A DNA stretch of 64,000 bases from NCBI GenBank assembly GCA_963729605.1, contig CAVSNY010000005.1:210118-274117 (forward strand), written 5' to 3'. The position numbers were made by a program, and so were the translations under genes. This document shows positions 1 to 12,247 of the stretch, piece after piece; position 1 is the stretch's first letter, and each line of letters starts with the position of its first letter. The notes below the pieces were generated by a model, which was given only the letters and a program-made list of their open reading frames with translations, made no database searches and was not told where the DNA came from. This DNA is from an uncultured Gammaproteobacteria bacterium (GTDB lineage Bacteria; Pseudomonadota; Gammaproteobacteria; DRLM01).

Positions 1-114
1 AATCAACTAGACGCACCGGCAACTCTCGGCTCTTCTTCGGAGGGGCGAAATAGTGCGCGCCAGGCATCATCCGCCCTTGCACGTTTTATCGCGTCACTCC
101 GCCCGCCACACAGG

Positions 115-1293
115 TCAGAGCGATTCACTCGCCGGATCAAGCGGAGAACCGCGCCGCCGTTGCGTCACCAATTCCACCACCGCGTCGGCGGCGCGCTGAT
201 CGGCGTCTCGGCGCAGAGTGCGATGAATCTCGGTGAAGGTCGCCGCGAGTTGCACGCGGCCCGCTTTATCATCCAGCCAATTCAAAACGGCGGCGGCCAC
301 CTTGGCCGGCGTCGCCGCGTCCTGTATCAACTCCGGCACCAAGTCACGCCCCGCCAGCAAATTGGGCAGCGAATAATGCGGCACCTTCACCAGCCGCTGC
401 GCCAGCCAATAGGTGAGCGGCGACAAACGGTACGCCATCACCGGCGGACACTTGAGCAGCAGGGCTTCCAGGGTGGCGGTGCCCGAAGCCACCATCACCG
501 CGTCGGCGGCGGTGAGCGCGACGTGGGCCTTGCCCTGCACGATGGTCACCGGCAAGCGCGGCGCCAAGGCCTGTAAGCGGGCCGCGAATAATTCCTGCGT
601 GGCGGCCGTCGCCAGCGGCGCGACGAAGCGCAGCCCCGGCCGTTGCTCGGCGCACGCACGCGCCGCTGCGATGAAGATGTCGCCCAAGGCCCGCACCTCG
701 CTCAGGCGGCTGCCGGGCAGGATCGCGACCACCTCGCCGTCCCGCGGCAAACCCAACTCGGCGCGCGCAGCATGCCGATCGGGGGTCAGCGGCAAGGCGT
801 CGGCGAGGGGATGGCCGACGTAACGCACCGGGACGCGATGGGCCTCGTAAAAGGCGGCCTCGAAGGGAAACAAGGTCAGCATCAAGTCCACGGCGCGGGC
901 GATCTTGCGCAAGCGGTATTGCCGCCACGCCCACACCGACGGACTGACGTAATGCACGGTGGGAATACCGGCGGTTTTCAATTGGCGTTCCAGGCCCAGG
1001 TTGAAGTCCGGCGCGTCGATGCCGATGAACACATCGGGCGGCTCGGCGAGAAAATGCCGCACCACCGCCTTGCGGATCGCGAACAATTCGCGCAGATGCC
1101 CCAGCACTTCGGTGAGGCCCATCACCGCGAGTTTTTCCGAGGGAAACAACGCTTGGCAGCCGGCGGCGATCATGCGCGGCCCGGCGATGCCGGTAAATAC
1201 CGCGTCGGGATAACGCTGTTTGAGCGCGGCGATCAGGCCGGCGCCGAGCAGATCGCCCGAGGCCTCCCCCGCGACCAGGCCGATACGGATCAT
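115..1293 (-). CDS. lpxB: lipid-A-disaccharide synthase
   Basis: [44 protein letters not shown] and SGTATLE motifs; follows lpxA. Confidence 0.97.
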   Translation of the reverse strand: MIRIGLVAGEASGDLLGAGLIAALKQRYPDAVFTGIAGPRMIAAGCQALFPSEKLAVMGLTEVLGHLRELFAIRKAVVRHFLAEPPDVFIGIDAPDFNLGLERQLKTAGIPTVHYVSPSVWAWRQYRLRKIARAVDLMLTLFPFEAAFYEAHRVPVRYVGHPLADALPLTPDRHAARAELGLPRDGEVVAILPGSRLSEVRALGDIFIAAARACAEQRPGLRFVAPLATAATQELFAARLQALAPRLPVTIVQGKAHVALTAADAVMVASGTATLEALLLKCPPVMAYRLSPLTYWLAQRLVKVPHYSLPNLLAGRDLVPELIQDAATPAKVAAAVLNWLDDKAGRVQLAATFTEIHRTLRRDADQRAADAVVELVTQRRRGSPLDPASESL

Positions 1294-1313
1294 CCTAAAA
1301 ACCGGGGATGTGA

Positions 1314-1429
1314 ACCACGGAGGACACGGAGCAAGACGGGGTGGCGTTGAGCGAGCGCAGCTATTGAATGACGACGACAAGGGCGCACGGTCGTTGCTTT
1401 CCCTCGGTAATCTCCGCGTCTTCCGTGGT
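1314..1429. repeat. REP/REPIN-like inverted repeat pair in the lpxA-lpxB spacer
   Basis: ACCACGGAGGACACGGAG (1314-1331) and CTCCGCGTCTTCCGTGGT (1412-1429) are 16/18 reverse-complementary. Confidence 0.6.
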
Positions 1430-1460
1430 CAACCGCTTTTTTCAGGATCATGAACGGCGG

Positions 1461-2231
1461 TTAACGGACGATGCCGCGGCTGGATTTTTCCAGAAAGCGG
1501 ATCATCTCGCCCACCTCCGGCGTCGCTTCGGCCAAGCCGCGCATCTGTTCGATCGCGTCTTTCAAAATGAGATTGGAGCGATAGAGAATTTTATAGGCGC
1601 GGCGCAACTGGGCGATGGTCTCGCTGCTGAAACCGCGGCGGCGCAGGCCTTCGACGTTGAGGCCGTGCGGCGCGCCGGGATGACCCGCCACCATCACGTA
1701 AGGCGGCACGTCCTTGGCGACACCGCTGCCGAAGGCGGTGAAACTATGGGCGCCCAAGGTGCAAAACTGATGCACTTGCGTGAATCCGCCGAGGATCACT
1801 TGATCCTCCACCACCACATGGCCGGCCAGCGAGGCGTTGTTGGCGAAGATGGTCTGATTGCCGATCAGACAATCGTGGGCCAGATGCACGTAGGCCATGA
1901 TCCAATTATCGTGGCCGATGCGGGTGACGCCGCCGCCCTGCACGGTGCCGCGATTGAAGGTGCAGAACTCGCGAATGACGTTGCGGTCGCCGATCTCCAG
2001 CAAGGTGGGTTCGCCTTGATATTTTTTATCCTGCGGCATCTCGCCCAAGGACGAAAACTGGAAAATTTTATTGTCGCGGCCGATGCGGGTGGGACCGTTG
2101 ATGACCACATGCGGGCCTACCCAAGTGCCCGCGCCGATGACCACATCGGGGCCGATGATGGAAAACGCCCCGATATGCACATCCGCCGCCAGTTCGGCCT
2201 TGGGATCGATAATCGCGCGCGGATCGATCAA
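1461..2231 (-). CDS. lpxA: acyl-ACP--UDP-N-acetylglucosamine O-acyltransferase
   Basis: Hexapeptide repeats, [29 protein letters not shown]; probable TTG start overlapping the fabZ stop. Confidence 0.97.
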   Translation of the reverse strand: MIDPRAIIDPKAELAADVHIGAFSIIGPDVVIGAGTWVGPHVVINGPTRIGRDNKIFQFSSLGEMPQDKKYQGEPTLLEIGDRNVIREFCTFNRGTVQGGGVTRIGHDNWIMAYVHLAHDCLIGNQTIFANNASLAGHVVVEDQVILGGFTQVHQFCTLGAHSFTAFGSGVAKDVPPYVMVAGHPGAPHGLNVEGLRRRGFSSETIAQLRRAYKILYRSNLILKDAIEQMRGLAEATPEVGEMIRFLEKSSRGIVR

Positions 2232-2752
2232 ACTTCTACTTCCCGGTGGGCGCACATCAGATCGGCGCTGGCCACGATCCGGCCGTCCACCTTCACTTCG
2301 CCGCTGAATTTCCAGACACCGCGCATGGCCCGCGTCAGCTTGACCTCGAGGATCATCTGATCGCCGGGTTCGACCGGCTGTTTGAAGCGGGCGTTGTCGA
2401 TGGCGGCAAGATAATAGGTCGAACCGCTGGCCGGCGTGGTCTGCGCGGTTTTAAACGCCAGTATGCCGGTGGCCTGCGCCAGGGCTTCCAGGATCAACAC
2501 GCCGGGCATCACCGGGCGGCGGGGAAAATGGCCGGTGAAATAGTGTTCGTTGAAGGTGACGTTTTTCAACGCCACCAGCGATTCGCCCGGCGTAAAGGCC
2601 AACACCCGATCGATCAGCAAAAACGGATACCGGTGGGGCAGATATTTCAACACTTCGTGGATATCCATCGCGCAGTCCGCGCCCTCCGCGCGTTTCGCTT
2701 CGCCGGCCCCGCATTCAGCGCCGCCGTTTTTCAACGGTATTTCATCTGTCAT
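2228..2752 (-). CDS. fabZ: 3-hydroxyacyl-ACP dehydratase
   Basis: [31 protein letters not shown]; the start may be at 2668 (MDIHEV). Confidence 0.97.
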   Translation of the reverse strand: MTDEIPLKNGGAECGAGEAKRAEGADCAMDIHEVLKYLPHRYPFLLIDRVLAFTPGESLVALKNVTFNEHYFTGHFPRRPVMPGVLILEALAQATGILAFKTAQTTPASGSTYYLAAIDNARFKQPVEPGDQMILEVKLTRAMRGVWKFSGEVKVDGRIVASADLMCAHREVEV

Positions 2753-2776
2753 GATAATGGTCCTTGAACTGAAATC

Positions 2777-3808
2777 TCATTCGCCGCCGCGTTCCTTGAA
2801 GACCTTTTCCAAGCGCCGCAGGCGGCGCGCCATGTCATCGAGCTGATGAAACCGCGCATAATTTTTCCGCCAGTCGCGATTGGGTTCCAGCGGCGTCCCC
2901 GACGAATACAAACCGGGTTCGCGGATGGAATGCGCGACGAACGACATGCCGGTGATGTGCACGTCATCCGCGATCTCGGTGTGGCCGACGATGCCGACGC
3001 CGCCGCCGATGGTGCAGCGCGCGCCGATCCGGGCACTGCCGGCGATGCCCGTGCAGCCGGCGATCGCGGTGTGCGCGCCGATGCGCACATTGTGAGCCAC
3101 TTGAATCTGATTATCTAGCTTCACTCCGTCTTCGATGACGGTATCGTCCAGCGTGCCCCGGTCGATGGTGGTATTGGCTCCGATCTCCACATCGTCGCCG
3201 ATAGTGACGGCGCCCAACTGCGGTACCTTCACCCAGGACCCGCGGGCGTTGGCGAAACCGAAACCGTCGCTGCCGATCACCACCCCCGGGTGGATCACCG
3301 CCCGTTTCCCGATGCGGGTCCGCTCGCCGATCGAGACGTTGGCCGACAAACGGCTGCCTTCGCCGATCTCACTGCCACGCGCGATTACACAGCCCGGACC
3401 GACGGTCACCCCGGCGCCGATGCGCACCTGATCCTCGATCACCGCGTTGGCATCGATCCAGGCGCTGGGATGCACCTCGCTGCCGGGATGCACCACCGCG
3501 CGCGGATGCCGGCCTTCGCTGCGGGGCGGGATCGGCATCAGCAAGGCCGCGATGCGGGCATAGGCCAGATACGGATCGCGCGCCACCAAGGCATGGGTGT
3601 CGCATGCGTCCAGATATTCTTCGGAAAGTATCACCGCGGACGCGGCGGTCGCGGTCAGGTGTTTGGCGTAACGCGGATTGGACAAAAAGGAAATGTCGCC
3701 GGTCTTGGCATTCTGCAGCGTAGCCACCCCGCTGATGACGCAGGCGGCGTCGCCGCGGACCCGCCCTTCCACGTATTCGGCCAGCTGCCCCAAGGTCTGC
3801 ATCGGCAT
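2777..3808 (-). CDS. lpxD: UDP-3-O-(3-hydroxymyristoyl)glucosamine N-acyltransferase
   Basis: [33 protein letters not shown] motifs. Confidence 0.97.
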   Translation of the reverse strand: MPMQTLGQLAEYVEGRVRGDAACVISGVATLQNAKTGDISFLSNPRYAKHLTATAASAVILSEEYLDACDTHALVARDPYLAYARIAALLMPIPPRSEGRHPRAVVHPGSEVHPSAWIDANAVIEDQVRIGAGVTVGPGCVIARGSEIGEGSRLSANVSIGERTRIGKRAVIHPGVVIGSDGFGFANARGSWVKVPQLGAVTIGDDVEIGANTTIDRGTLDDTVIEDGVKLDNQIQVAHNVRIGAHTAIAGCTGIAGSARIGARCTIGGGVGIVGHTEIADDVHITGMSFVAHSIREPGLYSSGTPLEPNRDWRKNYARFHQLDDMARRLRRLEKVFKERGGE

Positions 3809-3818
3809 CCCCGGCCGG

Positions 3819-4343
3819 CTATTTGTTCTTCACCGCCGCGCCGCCCGCGGAAGTACGCAGTTTGTCCAACACCTTGTCGGTGAGGTCGATGGTGGTGCTG
3901 GCGTAAGCGATTCCTTCGTAGACGATCAGATCGTAATTCTGTTCCTTGCCGATGTTCTCGATCGCCTGTTGCACGAACTCCAGCAGCTTGCCGATCTCTT
4001 CGTTGCGGCGCAGATTGAGGTCCTCGCGAAACTCACCGGCGGCGCGGCGCAAATCGCGCTTCAAGGCATCGATATCCCGTTCCACCCGGCGCCGCTCGTT
4101 TTCACTCATCACCGCGCCGTCGCGGGCCAGTTGATCTTCCAACTGTTTGAGTTTTCTCTGGTCGCTCTGGAGTGCGGCCTCTTTGGCCGAGAATTCTTCC
4201 TTAAGCCGTTTCGACACCTCGGCGGCCTGCGGCGATTCCTCCAGCAGGCGCGCCGCGTTCACGTAGCCGATTTTCAAATCGGCGCCAACCGCCGGCGCCG
4301 TCGCCGCCAGCAATCCCAATAACAACCAAATCCGTTTCGCCAT
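3819..4343 (-). CDS. skp: OmpH/Skp periplasmic chaperone
   Basis: Signal peptide, KIGYVN motif, coiled coil, IDLTDKVL; lies between bamA and lpxD. Confidence 0.93.
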   Translation of the reverse strand: MAKRIWLLLGLLAATAPAVGADLKIGYVNAARLLEESPQAAEVSKRLKEEFSAKEAALQSDQRKLKQLEDQLARDGAVMSENERRRVERDIDALKRDLRRAAGEFREDLNLRRNEEIGKLLEFVQQAIENIGKEQNYDLIVYEGIAYASTTIDLTDKVLDKLRTSAGGAAVKNK

Positions 4344-4370
4344 CACGTTCAACGCTCTCTCTATGAATGA

Positions 4371-6695
4371 TTAAAAGCCGGCACCCAAGGAAAATTGGAA
4401 TATTTCCGTCTCGTCGCCGGCCTGGTCATTTAACGCTTTCGCCAAACTAAAAGTCAACGGCCCGATCGGCGACAACCATACCGCCGACACGCCGACGGCA
4501 TAACGCAATTCACCGGCATCGAATTGATCGAAATCTTCGTAGACGTTACCGGCGTCGAAAAAGGCGCCCATCCGGAATGATTTATTATTGTCGCCGGCGA
4601 AAGGCGGTGAAAATAACAGCTCCAGACTACCCAGCATGCGGAACGCGCCGCCCAAGGCATTGTTGTTTTCCCTGGGACCCAGCGAATTGGAACGAAAGCC
4701 GCGCACCGAGCGGATACCGCCGGCGTAGTAGTTTTCGAGGAAGGGAAATCCCGTGGTATCGCCGTAGGCTTCGCCGTAGGCGATCTCGCCGTCGGCGGAG
4801 AAGGTGAAACGCCGCGAGAGCTCCTTGTACCAGGTGCTGCGATTGGTGGCCTTGTAATAGGTCAGGCCGCTGCCCGGCAAGGCGGTCTCCAAGGTCAAGC
4901 TTTCCAGCAGACCGGCGGTGGGGAAAAACGCCTCGTTACGCGTATCGTAAGACCAACCCAGGGTCAGCTTGAAGGCGTCGAACTCATCGGTATTGGCGTT
5001 GAGATAATCGATATAACGCTGCGGCGTCTGCGAAGTGATATTGATTTTCGTGTGTTCATAGCCCAGCGAAAACCGCAGGCTGTCGAACTCGCTCAAGGGG
5101 TAGCCGTAATTCACGCTGGCGCCGAAGGCGTCGGCGGTGAAATCGGCCACATTGGCCTGACCCGCGTCGGTGGTGCGCGAGAATACCCGGAAACCGCGGC
5201 TCAAACCGTCCAAGTTGTAATAGGGATTGGTGTAGGAAAAACTGTAGATCGTATTCACCCGGCTGTTGTTGATCTGCGCACTGACCCGTTTGCCAGTGCC
5301 GAGAAAGTTGTCCTGAGTGACGCTGGCGTTGAGCAAAACGCCCTGCGATTGCGAGAAACCTACGCCCGCCATCAAACTGCCGAAGGACGAGCGTTCCTTG
5401 ACGTTGTAATTCACGTCCACCTGATCTTCGATGCCGGGCACCGCCGGGGTTTCCACGTTGACCTCCTCGAAATAACCGAGGCGCTGCAAACGGACCCGCG
5501 AGCGGTTCACTTGTTCGGTGGAGATCCAGCCGCCTTCCATTTGCCGCAGCTCGCGCCGCAGCACCTCGTCGCGGGTGCGGGCATTGCCGCTGACGTTCAT
5601 GCGCCGCACATAGACCCGTTTATTCGGTTCGACGAAGAAGGTCAGTTTCACGGTGCGCTGTTCGCGATTCACGTCCGGCACCGGATTGATATTGGCGAAG
5701 GCGTAGCCCTCCTTGCCCAGCCGCTCGTTGATGCGGGTGGCGCTCTCGGTCACCTCGCGCCGCGAAAACAGCTCGCCGGGCGCGATGCTGATCAGCGACT
5801 TCAATTCCGATTCCGGCGCCTTCAATTCGCCGGCGAGCTTCACTTCCTGAACGGTGAACTGCTCGCCTTCGATCAGGGTGATGGTGATGTAGACGTTCTT
5901 CTTGTCCGGACTGATCGACACCTGGGTGGAGTCGACATTGAAGTCGATATAACCGCGGTCGAGATAAAAAGAGCGCAGGGTTTCCAGATCCGCGGCCAGT
6001 TTCTGCTTGGAATATTGATCGTTTTGATTGAACATCGACATCAAGGTGGAGGGGCCGAGTTGCAGGATCCGCAGCAATTCGCCGGTGGTGAACCGGCGGT
6101 TGCCCACCAGATTGATCTCCTGGATCTTGGCCACCTGGCCCTCGTCGATTTGCAGACCGATCTCCACCCGGTTGCGATCCAGGGCGGTCACCGTGTTGCT
6201 GATCTTCACCCCGTATTTGCCGCGCGCGAAATATTGCCGCTCCAGTTCGCGTTCGACTTGGTCCAAGGCGGAACGATCGAATATCCGGCCTTCGGCGAGA
6301 CCGATCCGCTTCAAGGCCTCGGTCAGTTCATTGCTGCTGATGTCTTTATTGCCGCTGAGGCTGACCTTGGCGATCGACGGCCGTTCCTCGACCACCACGA
6401 TCAGACTGTCGCCGTCGCGCTGCAATTTCACGTCGGTGAAAAAGCCGGTTTTGAACAGGGCGCGCACCGCCTCCGCGGCGCGGCCGTCGTCGATGGTGTC
6501 GCCGACGGCGAGCGGCAGGTAATTGAACACCGTGCCGACTTCGATGCGCTGCAAACCCTCGACGCGGATATCTTGGATGCGGAAGGCGGTGAAGGCCTGC
6601 GCCGTGGTGGAAACCAGGCAGGCGAGACTCATCATCAAAATCACGATTCTTATTTTCAACAACGGCACGGAATGCTCACTTGAATAATTGGACAA
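4371..6695 (-). CDS. bamA: outer membrane protein assembly factor
   Basis: POTRA repeats (IRVEGLQRIE), VRGF motif, C-terminal FQFSLGAGF; exact start uncertain. Confidence 0.97.
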   Translation of the reverse strand: MSNYSSEHSVPLLKIRIVILMMSLACLVSTTAQAFTAFRIQDIRVEGLQRIEVGTVFNYLPLAVGDTIDDGRAAEAVRALFKTGFFTDVKLQRDGDSLIVVVEERPSIAKVSLSGNKDISSNELTEALKRIGLAEGRIFDRSALDQVERELERQYFARGKYGVKISNTVTALDRNRVEIGLQIDEGQVAKIQEINLVGNRRFTTGELLRILQLGPSTLMSMFNQNDQYSKQKLAADLETLRSFYLDRGYIDFNVDSTQVSISPDKKNVYITITLIEGEQFTVQEVKLAGELKAPESELKSLISIAPGELFSRREVTESATRINERLGKEGYAFANINPVPDVNREQRTVKLTFFVEPNKRVYVRRMNVSGNARTRDEVLRRELRQMEGGWISTEQVNRSRVRLQRLGYFEEVNVETPAVPGIEDQVDVNYNVKERSSFGSLMAGVGFSQSQGVLLNASVTQDNFLGTGKRVSAQINNSRVNTIYSFSYTNPYYNLDGLSRGFRVFSRTTDAGQANVADFTADAFGASVNYGYPLSEFDSLRFSLGYEHTKINITSQTPQRYIDYLNANTDEFDAFKLTLGWSYDTRNEAFFPTAGLLESLTLETALPGSGLTYYKATNRSTWYKELSRRFTFSADGEIAYGEAYGDTTGFPFLENYYAGGIRSVRGFRSNSLGPRENNNALGGAFRMLGSLELLFSPPFAGDNNKSFRMGAFFDAGNVYEDFDQFDAGELRYAVGVSAVWLSPIGPLTFSLAKALNDQAGDETEIFQFSLGAGF

Positions 6696-8043
6696 CGTCG
6701 TTATAGATGGCGACGGTCATCAGCATCAGCAACAGCGGTACACCCACCCGTTGCCCCATGGCTTGCGCGGCATCGGACACCGGACTCCCCTTCACCATTT
6801 CGATGAGGTAATAAAGCAAATGGCCGCCGTCCAACACCGGGATGGGCAGCAGATTCAACACGCCCAGACTGATACTGACGATGGCGAGAAACGTCAGAAA
6901 GGCCACCAGACCCACCTGCGCGGAATAACCGGCGTATTTGGCGATGCTGATCGGACCGCTGATATTGGCCACCGACACATCGCCGGCCACCATACCCCAC
7001 AACATGCGCAGCGTCAGCACCGACATGTCCCAGGTTTTTTTGACGGCCACGCCCAGGGCATCCACCGGCGAATAACGCACCAGGGTCACGTAGTCCTTGC
7101 CCAAATCTTCCGGCACCGCCACCGCCGCGCCGACATAACCGATGTCGCCGTCCTTGGCCGCGCGCCGGCCGGGCTGTAAATCCACCACCAAACGCGCGCC
7201 GGCGCGGTCGATCTCGGTACGAATCACTTGATCGGGGCGGGCCCGCACATACTCCACCCAATTGTCCCAATCGGACACCGGCCGGCCGTCGCTGGCGAGG
7301 ATGCGGTCACCGGACCGCAAACCGGCCCGCTCGGCCGCGCCGCCGGGTTCGAGATGGCTGAGCACCGGTGGAATGGTGGGGCGCGCCGGTTGTATGCCGA
7401 GGGTATCGAGCAAATTGCCCTGCTGCAAATCTTTTTGTATCGCCCGCAGATGGATCTGATGCACCCGCTCCACGCCCTGTTCGTCGCGGGTATGCACGTC
7501 GATCTGTTCGTCGTTCATGGTGTTTTCGAGCAGGGCCATCACCGCGTTCTGCCAACTGTCCACCGCCTCGCCGTCCACCGCGATAATCGTTTCGCCGGGA
7601 GTGAAACCCGCCTCGGCCGCCAACGACTGCGGCGCCACGCTGCCGATGATGGGTTTGATCCCGTCCACGCCCAGCACGAACACCAGCCAATACACGGCGA
7701 TGGCCAGCATGAAATTGAAGAGCGGGCCCGCCAACACGATGGCGAAGCGTTTGCCGACGGATTGCCGATTGAAGGCCCGATGCACTTCATGCTCCGCCAC
7801 CTCGCCTTCCCGTTCGTCGAGCATGCGCACGTATCCGCCGAGCGGGATCGCCGCCAGCACGTATTCGGTTTGATCCGCGCCGCGGGTGGTGCGCCAGATC
7901 GGTTTGCCGAAGCCGATGGAAAACCGCAGCACCTTGACGCCGAGCCGGCGCGCCACCCAAAAATGGCCGAACTCGTGCACCGCGATCAGCAGCGCCAGCG
8001 CCAATAAGAAAAAGAATAACGAAGTAAGAATGCTGCCGCCCAT
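6676..8043 (-). CDS. rseP: RIP metalloprotease
   Basis: HEFGH, LGGYVRM, two PDZ-like domains, NLLPIPVLDGG. Confidence 0.96.
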   Translation of the reverse strand: MGGSILTSLFFFLLALALLIAVHEFGHFWVARRLGVKVLRFSIGFGKPIWRTTRGADQTEYVLAAIPLGGYVRMLDEREGEVAEHEVHRAFNRQSVGKRFAIVLAGPLFNFMLAIAVYWLVFVLGVDGIKPIIGSVAPQSLAAEAGFTPGETIIAVDGEAVDSWQNAVMALLENTMNDEQIDVHTRDEQGVERVHQIHLRAIQKDLQQGNLLDTLGIQPARPTIPPVLSHLEPGGAAERAGLRSGDRILASDGRPVSDWDNWVEYVRARPDQVIRTEIDRAGARLVVDLQPGRRAAKDGDIGYVGAAVAVPEDLGKDYVTLVRYSPVDALGVAVKKTWDMSVLTLRMLWGMVAGDVSVANISGPISIAKYAGYSAQVGLVAFLTFLAIVSISLGVLNLLPIPVLDGGHLLYYLIEMVKGSPVSDAAQAMGQRVGVPLLLMLMTVAIYNDVVQLFK

Positions 8044-8047
8044 AAGT

Positions 8048-9229
8048 CTACCCGCCGATCCGCGCCACAGCTTCACGCGCCACGGCGCGGGCGTGCGCAT
8101 CGTCTTCCAATATCCGCTCCAGCGAAATCGCGTCGCGGGCCGGGACATCGCTCAAGGTCGCCTCGACCACGGCGGCGATGGCCGTAAAAGCGAGCCGCTC
8201 CTCCAGAAACGCCTGCACCGCCACTTCATTGGCGGCGTTCAACACCGCGGTGGCGGTACCGCCGCGTTGCAGCGCCTGGTAGGCCAAACCCAAACAAGGA
8301 AACCGCGCGGGATCCGGCGCGGCGAAATGCAGGGCCGCGATGTCGAACAGATTCAAACGCCGCACCCCGGACTCGATGCGCTCCGGCCAGGCCAGGGCAT
8401 GGGCGATCGGCGTGCGCATATCGGGGCTGCCGAGTTGCGCGAGTATCGAGCCGTCGACGTATTCCACCATGGAGTGAATCACGCTTTCGGCGTGCAATAC
8501 CACCTGCACCTGTTCCGCCGTGGTGTCGAACAGCCAGCAGGCCTCGATCACCTCCAGGCCTTTATTCATCATGGTCGCCGAGTCCACCGAGATCTTGCGG
8601 CCCATCACCCAATTGGGATGGGCGCAGGCCTGGGCCGGCGTCGCGGCGGGCAATTCGGCGAGCGGCGTGTCGCGAAACGGACCGCCGGACGCGGTGAGCA
8701 AAATATTGCTCACACCCATGGCCGCCAGACCGCCGTTGCGTTCCGTGGGTAGACACTGAAAGATCGCGTTGTGTTCACTGTCCACCGGCAACAACTGGGC
8801 GCCGTGGGCGCGCACCTCGTCCATGAACAAGCGGCCCGACATCACCAGCGCTTCTTTATTGGCCAGCAATATCCGCTTGCCGGCGCGCGCCGCGGCCAGG
8901 GTCGGCAACAAGCCCGCGGCGCCGACGATGGCGGCCATCACGGTGCCGGCGGCGGGATGGGCGGCGGCGCGGGCCACCGCCTCCGCGCCGGCCTGCACCT
9001 CGATCGCCGTGTCGATGCCGCGCAAGCGCGCGCGCAAGCGCTCGGCGGCGGCGGGGTCGGCCAGCACCGCCAACTCGGGATGAAAGACGCGGCACTGCTC
9101 GGCGAGCCGCTCCACGTCGCCGTGCGCGGCCAGCGCCACCACCCGGTAGCGGTCGCGGTGGCGCGCCAGCACGTCCAGCGTGCTCACGCCGATGGAACCG
9201 GTGGCGCCCAATACCGTCACGCCGATCAT
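8048..9229 (-). CDS. dxr: 1-deoxy-D-xylulose-5-phosphate reductoisomerase
   Basis: [38 protein letters not shown]. Confidence 0.97.
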   Translation of the reverse strand: MIGVTVLGATGSIGVSTLDVLARHRDRYRVVALAAHGDVERLAEQCRVFHPELAVLADPAAAERLRARLRGIDTAIEVQAGAEAVARAAAHPAAGTVMAAIVGAAGLLPTLAAARAGKRILLANKEALVMSGRLFMDEVRAHGAQLLPVDSEHNAIFQCLPTERNGGLAAMGVSNILLTASGGPFRDTPLAELPAATPAQACAHPNWVMGRKISVDSATMMNKGLEVIEACWLFDTTAEQVQVVLHAESVIHSMVEYVDGSILAQLGSPDMRTPIAHALAWPERIESGVRRLNLFDIAALHFAAPDPARFPCLGLAYQALQRGGTATAVLNAANEVAVQAFLEERLAFTAIAAVVEATLSDVPARDAISLERILEDDAHARAVAREAVARIGG

Positions 9230-10050
9230 GTCAACCACGCTATCAATGCCAGACCCACATAAAATACCGGCGCCGCCGCCGTGATGCTGTCGATGCGGTC
9301 CAAGGCCCCGCCGTGCCCCGGTAAAAACCGGCCGCTGTCCTTGACGCCCGCCTCGCGTTTGAAGAGGCTCTCCAGCAAATCGCCCACCACGGAGATCACC
9401 ACCACCACCACGCACAGCACCACGAACCACGGCGCGACCGCCGCCGACACATTAAGGATGAACACCGCGGCCACCGCCACCAGCAGAGACGCGGCCGCGC
9501 CGCCCATCACCCCTTCCCAAGTCTTGCCCGGACTCACCCGCGCCGCCAGCTTGCGGCGGCCGAAACGGCGGCCGGCGAAATAGGCCCCGCTGTCCGCGGC
9601 CCACACCAGCACGAAGAGAAACAACACGTAGGCAGGACCGGTGGCCGGATCGCGGTGCAACGCGGTCAAGGCCAACCAGGGCGGCAACAAAACGGCCACT
9701 CCGGCCAGCGCCCCGCCCAGCGCCGTGGCGGGCAACACCTTTGCGCCGGCTTGATAACGGAATATCGACACCGTCGCCCAGCCCCACCATAGCACAGCCG
9801 CCGCGGCGATCCCACGGATGACCTCGACGGGCGGCGGGGAGTACACGGCGAACAGCAGACCACCTGCGATCAGCGCCACGAAAATCCGGCGCGCCGCCAC
9901 CGGCAAGGCCACCAGCCGCGCCCATTCCAACGCGGCCACCACCAGCACCGCGGTGAGCAGCATCGCGAAATAGGTCGTGGGCAGGGCGAGCACGCCCCAC
10001 ACGAACAAGGGAATCAGGACGGCGGCGGTCAACAGGCGCTGTTTAAGCAC
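9226..10050 (-). CDS. cdsA: phosphatidate cytidylyltransferase
   Basis: [35 protein letters not shown]. Confidence 0.96.
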   Translation of the reverse strand: MLKQRLLTAAVLIPLFVWGVLALPTTYFAMLLTAVLVVAALEWARLVALPVAARRIFVALIAGGLLFAVYSPPPVEVIRGIAAAAVLWWGWATVSIFRYQAGAKVLPATALGGALAGVAVLLPPWLALTALHRDPATGPAYVLFLFVLVWAADSGAYFAGRRFGRRKLAARVSPGKTWEGVMGGAAASLLVAVAAVFILNVSAAVAPWFVVLCVVVVVISVVGDLLESLFKREAGVKDSGRFLPGHGGALDRIDSITAAAPVFYVGLALIAWLT

Positions 10051-10804
10051 CTGAACTCTGCTCCACCTGTTCTCCGGTGCGCCCGAAACGACGCTGCCGG
10101 CCGGCGTAGGACAGCAAGGCCGCGTCGAAGGCGCGGGCGTCGAAATCCGGCCACAGGACGTCAGTGAAGTACAGTTCCGAATAGGCGAGATGCCATAACA
10201 GAAAATTACTGATGCGCTGCTCGCCGCCGGTGCGGATGAATAAATCCGGTTCGGGCAGACCGTGCAGCGCCAGATGCGCCTCCAGCAGTTCGGAGGTGAC
10301 GTCCGCCGCGCGCAACTCGCCGGCCTCGACCTTCGCGGCGATGCGCTGAGTGGCTTGGGTCACGTCCCACCGTCCGCCGTAATTGGCGGCGACCACCAGG
10401 GTCAAGCCGGTGTTGTTTTTCGAAAGGGCTTCGGCGGCGGCGATTTCTTCCTGCAAACGCGGCGCGAAGGCGCCGCACTCGCCCACCACTTTCAGGCGCA
10501 CGTTATTTTCGTGGAGCTTTTTGCTTTCGCGTTGCAGGGCGGTGATGAACAGCTCCATCAGCAGGCTCACCTCTTTTTCGGGACGCCGCCAATTTTCGCT
10601 GCTGAAGGCGAACAGGGTGAGGACCTCGATGCCTTTTTCGCCGCAGGCGCGCACCAGTTGGCGCACGGTCTCGACCCCGGCCTTGTGACCGGCCACCCGC
10701 GGCAGAAAACGCTTTTTGGCCCAGCGGCCGTTGCCGTCCATGATGATGGCCACGTGGCGGGGCACGCCGTTGCCGGGGAGGATGTGTTGCGGCTCTTTAG
10801 ACAT
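10043..10804 (-). CDS. uppS: undecaprenyl diphosphate synthase
   Basis: HVAIIMDGNGRWA, FSSENWRRP, IRTGGEQRISNFLLW. Confidence 0.97.
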   Translation of the reverse strand: MSKEPQHILPGNGVPRHVAIIMDGNGRWAKKRFLPRVAGHKAGVETVRQLVRACGEKGIEVLTLFAFSSENWRRPEKEVSLLMELFITALQRESKKLHENNVRLKVVGECGAFAPRLQEEIAAAEALSKNNTGLTLVVAANYGGRWDVTQATQRIAAKVEAGELRAADVTSELLEAHLALHGLPEPDLFIRTGGEQRISNFLLWHLAYSELYFTDVLWPDFDARAFDAALLSYAGRQRRFGRTGEQVEQSSGA

Positions 10805-10943
10805 AAATATCAGGAGGGACTCGTACGCCTTCACTCTCGGGGACCGCCAACGCGGCCTACACCGCGAAAGGTTGCAGTTGACGCAGGCCGTCCCGCCGCG
10901 CTGCGCCCTTGAACGGCGCGCCCGCGCGCGCCGTTAGCTTCGA

Positions 10944-11501
10944 TTAAATCTCCATCAACTCCGATTCCTTGGCCGCCAACGCCTTGTCCACCTCGGCGAT
11001 GTACTTGTCGGTGAGTTTTTGTATCTCGTCCTGGGCGCGCCGGTCGTCGTCCTCGGAGATCTGCTTGTCCTTGAGCAGTTTCTTCAATTCGCCATTGGCG
11101 TCGCGGCGGATGTTGCGGATCGCCACCCGCGCGCCTTCCGCCTCGCCTCGCACCACCTTGATCAAGTCGCGGCGCCGTTCCTCGGTGAGCGACGGCAAGG
11201 GAATCCGGATCACCCCGCCCGAGGTGTTGGGCGTCAAACCGAGATCGGAGGTCATGATCGCCTTCTCGATCGGCTGGACCATATTCTTGTCCCAGGGCGT
11301 CACGGTCAGGGTGCGGCTGTCGGCCACCGCCACGTTGGCGGCCTGGCTGAGCGGCACGTCGCTGCCGTAAAACGACACCGTGATGTGATCGAGCAGGCTG
11401 GTCTGGGCGCGGCCGGTACGGATTTTTATCAGTTCATCCTTCAGCGCGACGATGCTCTTGCGCATGCGGGCATCGGCCTGGGTCTTGACGTCGCTGATCA
11501 T
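10944..11501 (-). CDS. frr: ribosome recycling factor
   Basis: [27 protein letters not shown]; 185 aa from ATG 11501. Confidence 0.97.
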   Translation of the reverse strand: MISDVKTQADARMRKSIVALKDELIKIRTGRAQTSLLDHITVSFYGSDVPLSQAANVAVADSRTLTVTPWDKNMVQPIEKAIMTSDLGLTPNTSGGVIRIPLPSLTEERRRDLIKVVRGEAEGARVAIRNIRRDANGELKKLLKDKQISEDDDRRAQDEIQKLTDKYIAEVDKALAAKESELMEI

Positions 11502-12247
11502 GCATTGCCTCCCCGTTGTACCAGGGTGCCCTCGTCGGCACCGTTGACGATGCGGCGCAGCGCGCCGGGCCGGTTGATGTCGAACACCCGCAAGGGCATG
11601 TCGTAATCGCGGCACAACACGATGGCGGTGGCGTCCATCACCCCCAGCTTGCGGTCGAGCGCCTCGTCATAGGTCAGTGACGTGTAGCGCTCGGCGCTGG
11701 GATCTTTCATGGGATCGGCGGTATACACGCCGTCCACCTTGGTGCCTTTCAAGAGCAGATCGGCGCCGATCTCGATGGCGCGCAGGCTGGCCGCCGAATC
11801 GGTGGTGAAAAAGGGATTGCCGGTACCGGCGGCGAACACCACCACCCGGCCTTTTTCCAGATGGCGGATGGCGCGCCGGCGGATGTAGTCTTCGCAGATC
11901 TGATTGATCTTGATCGCCGACATCACCCGCGCCTGCGCGCCGCGCGCCTCCAGCGCATCCTGCATGCCGAGCGCGTTGATCACGGTGGCCAGCATGCCCA
12001 TGTGGTCGCCGGTGACCCGGTCGACGCCGGAGGCGGCGAGGCTGGCGCCGCGGAAGATGTTGCCGCCACCGATCACCACGCCCACCTGCACGCCGTCTTC
12101 GATCAATTGGCACAACTCATCGGCGATGCGGCCCATCACCGCCGGGCTGATGGTGTCCTCGCCATCGCCCATCAAGGCCTCACCGCTGAGTTTCAGCAAT
12201 ATCCGTCGAAAATGTGGCGCACTCTCCGTTGCTGGCACTGACATCAA
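11498..12247 (-). CDS. pyrH: UMP kinase
   Basis: [29 protein letters not shown]. Confidence 0.97.
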   Translation of the reverse strand: MMSVPATESAPHFRRILLKLSGEALMGDGEDTISPAVMGRIADELCQLIEDGVQVGVVIGGGNIFRGASLAASGVDRVTGDHMGMLATVINALGMQDALEARGAQARVMSAIKINQICEDYIRRRAIRHLEKGRVVVFAAGTGNPFFTTDSAASLRAIEIGADLLLKGTKVDGVYTADPMKDPSAERYTSLTYDEALDRKLGVMDATAIVLCRDYDMPLRVFDINRPGALRRIVNGADEGTLVQRGGNA

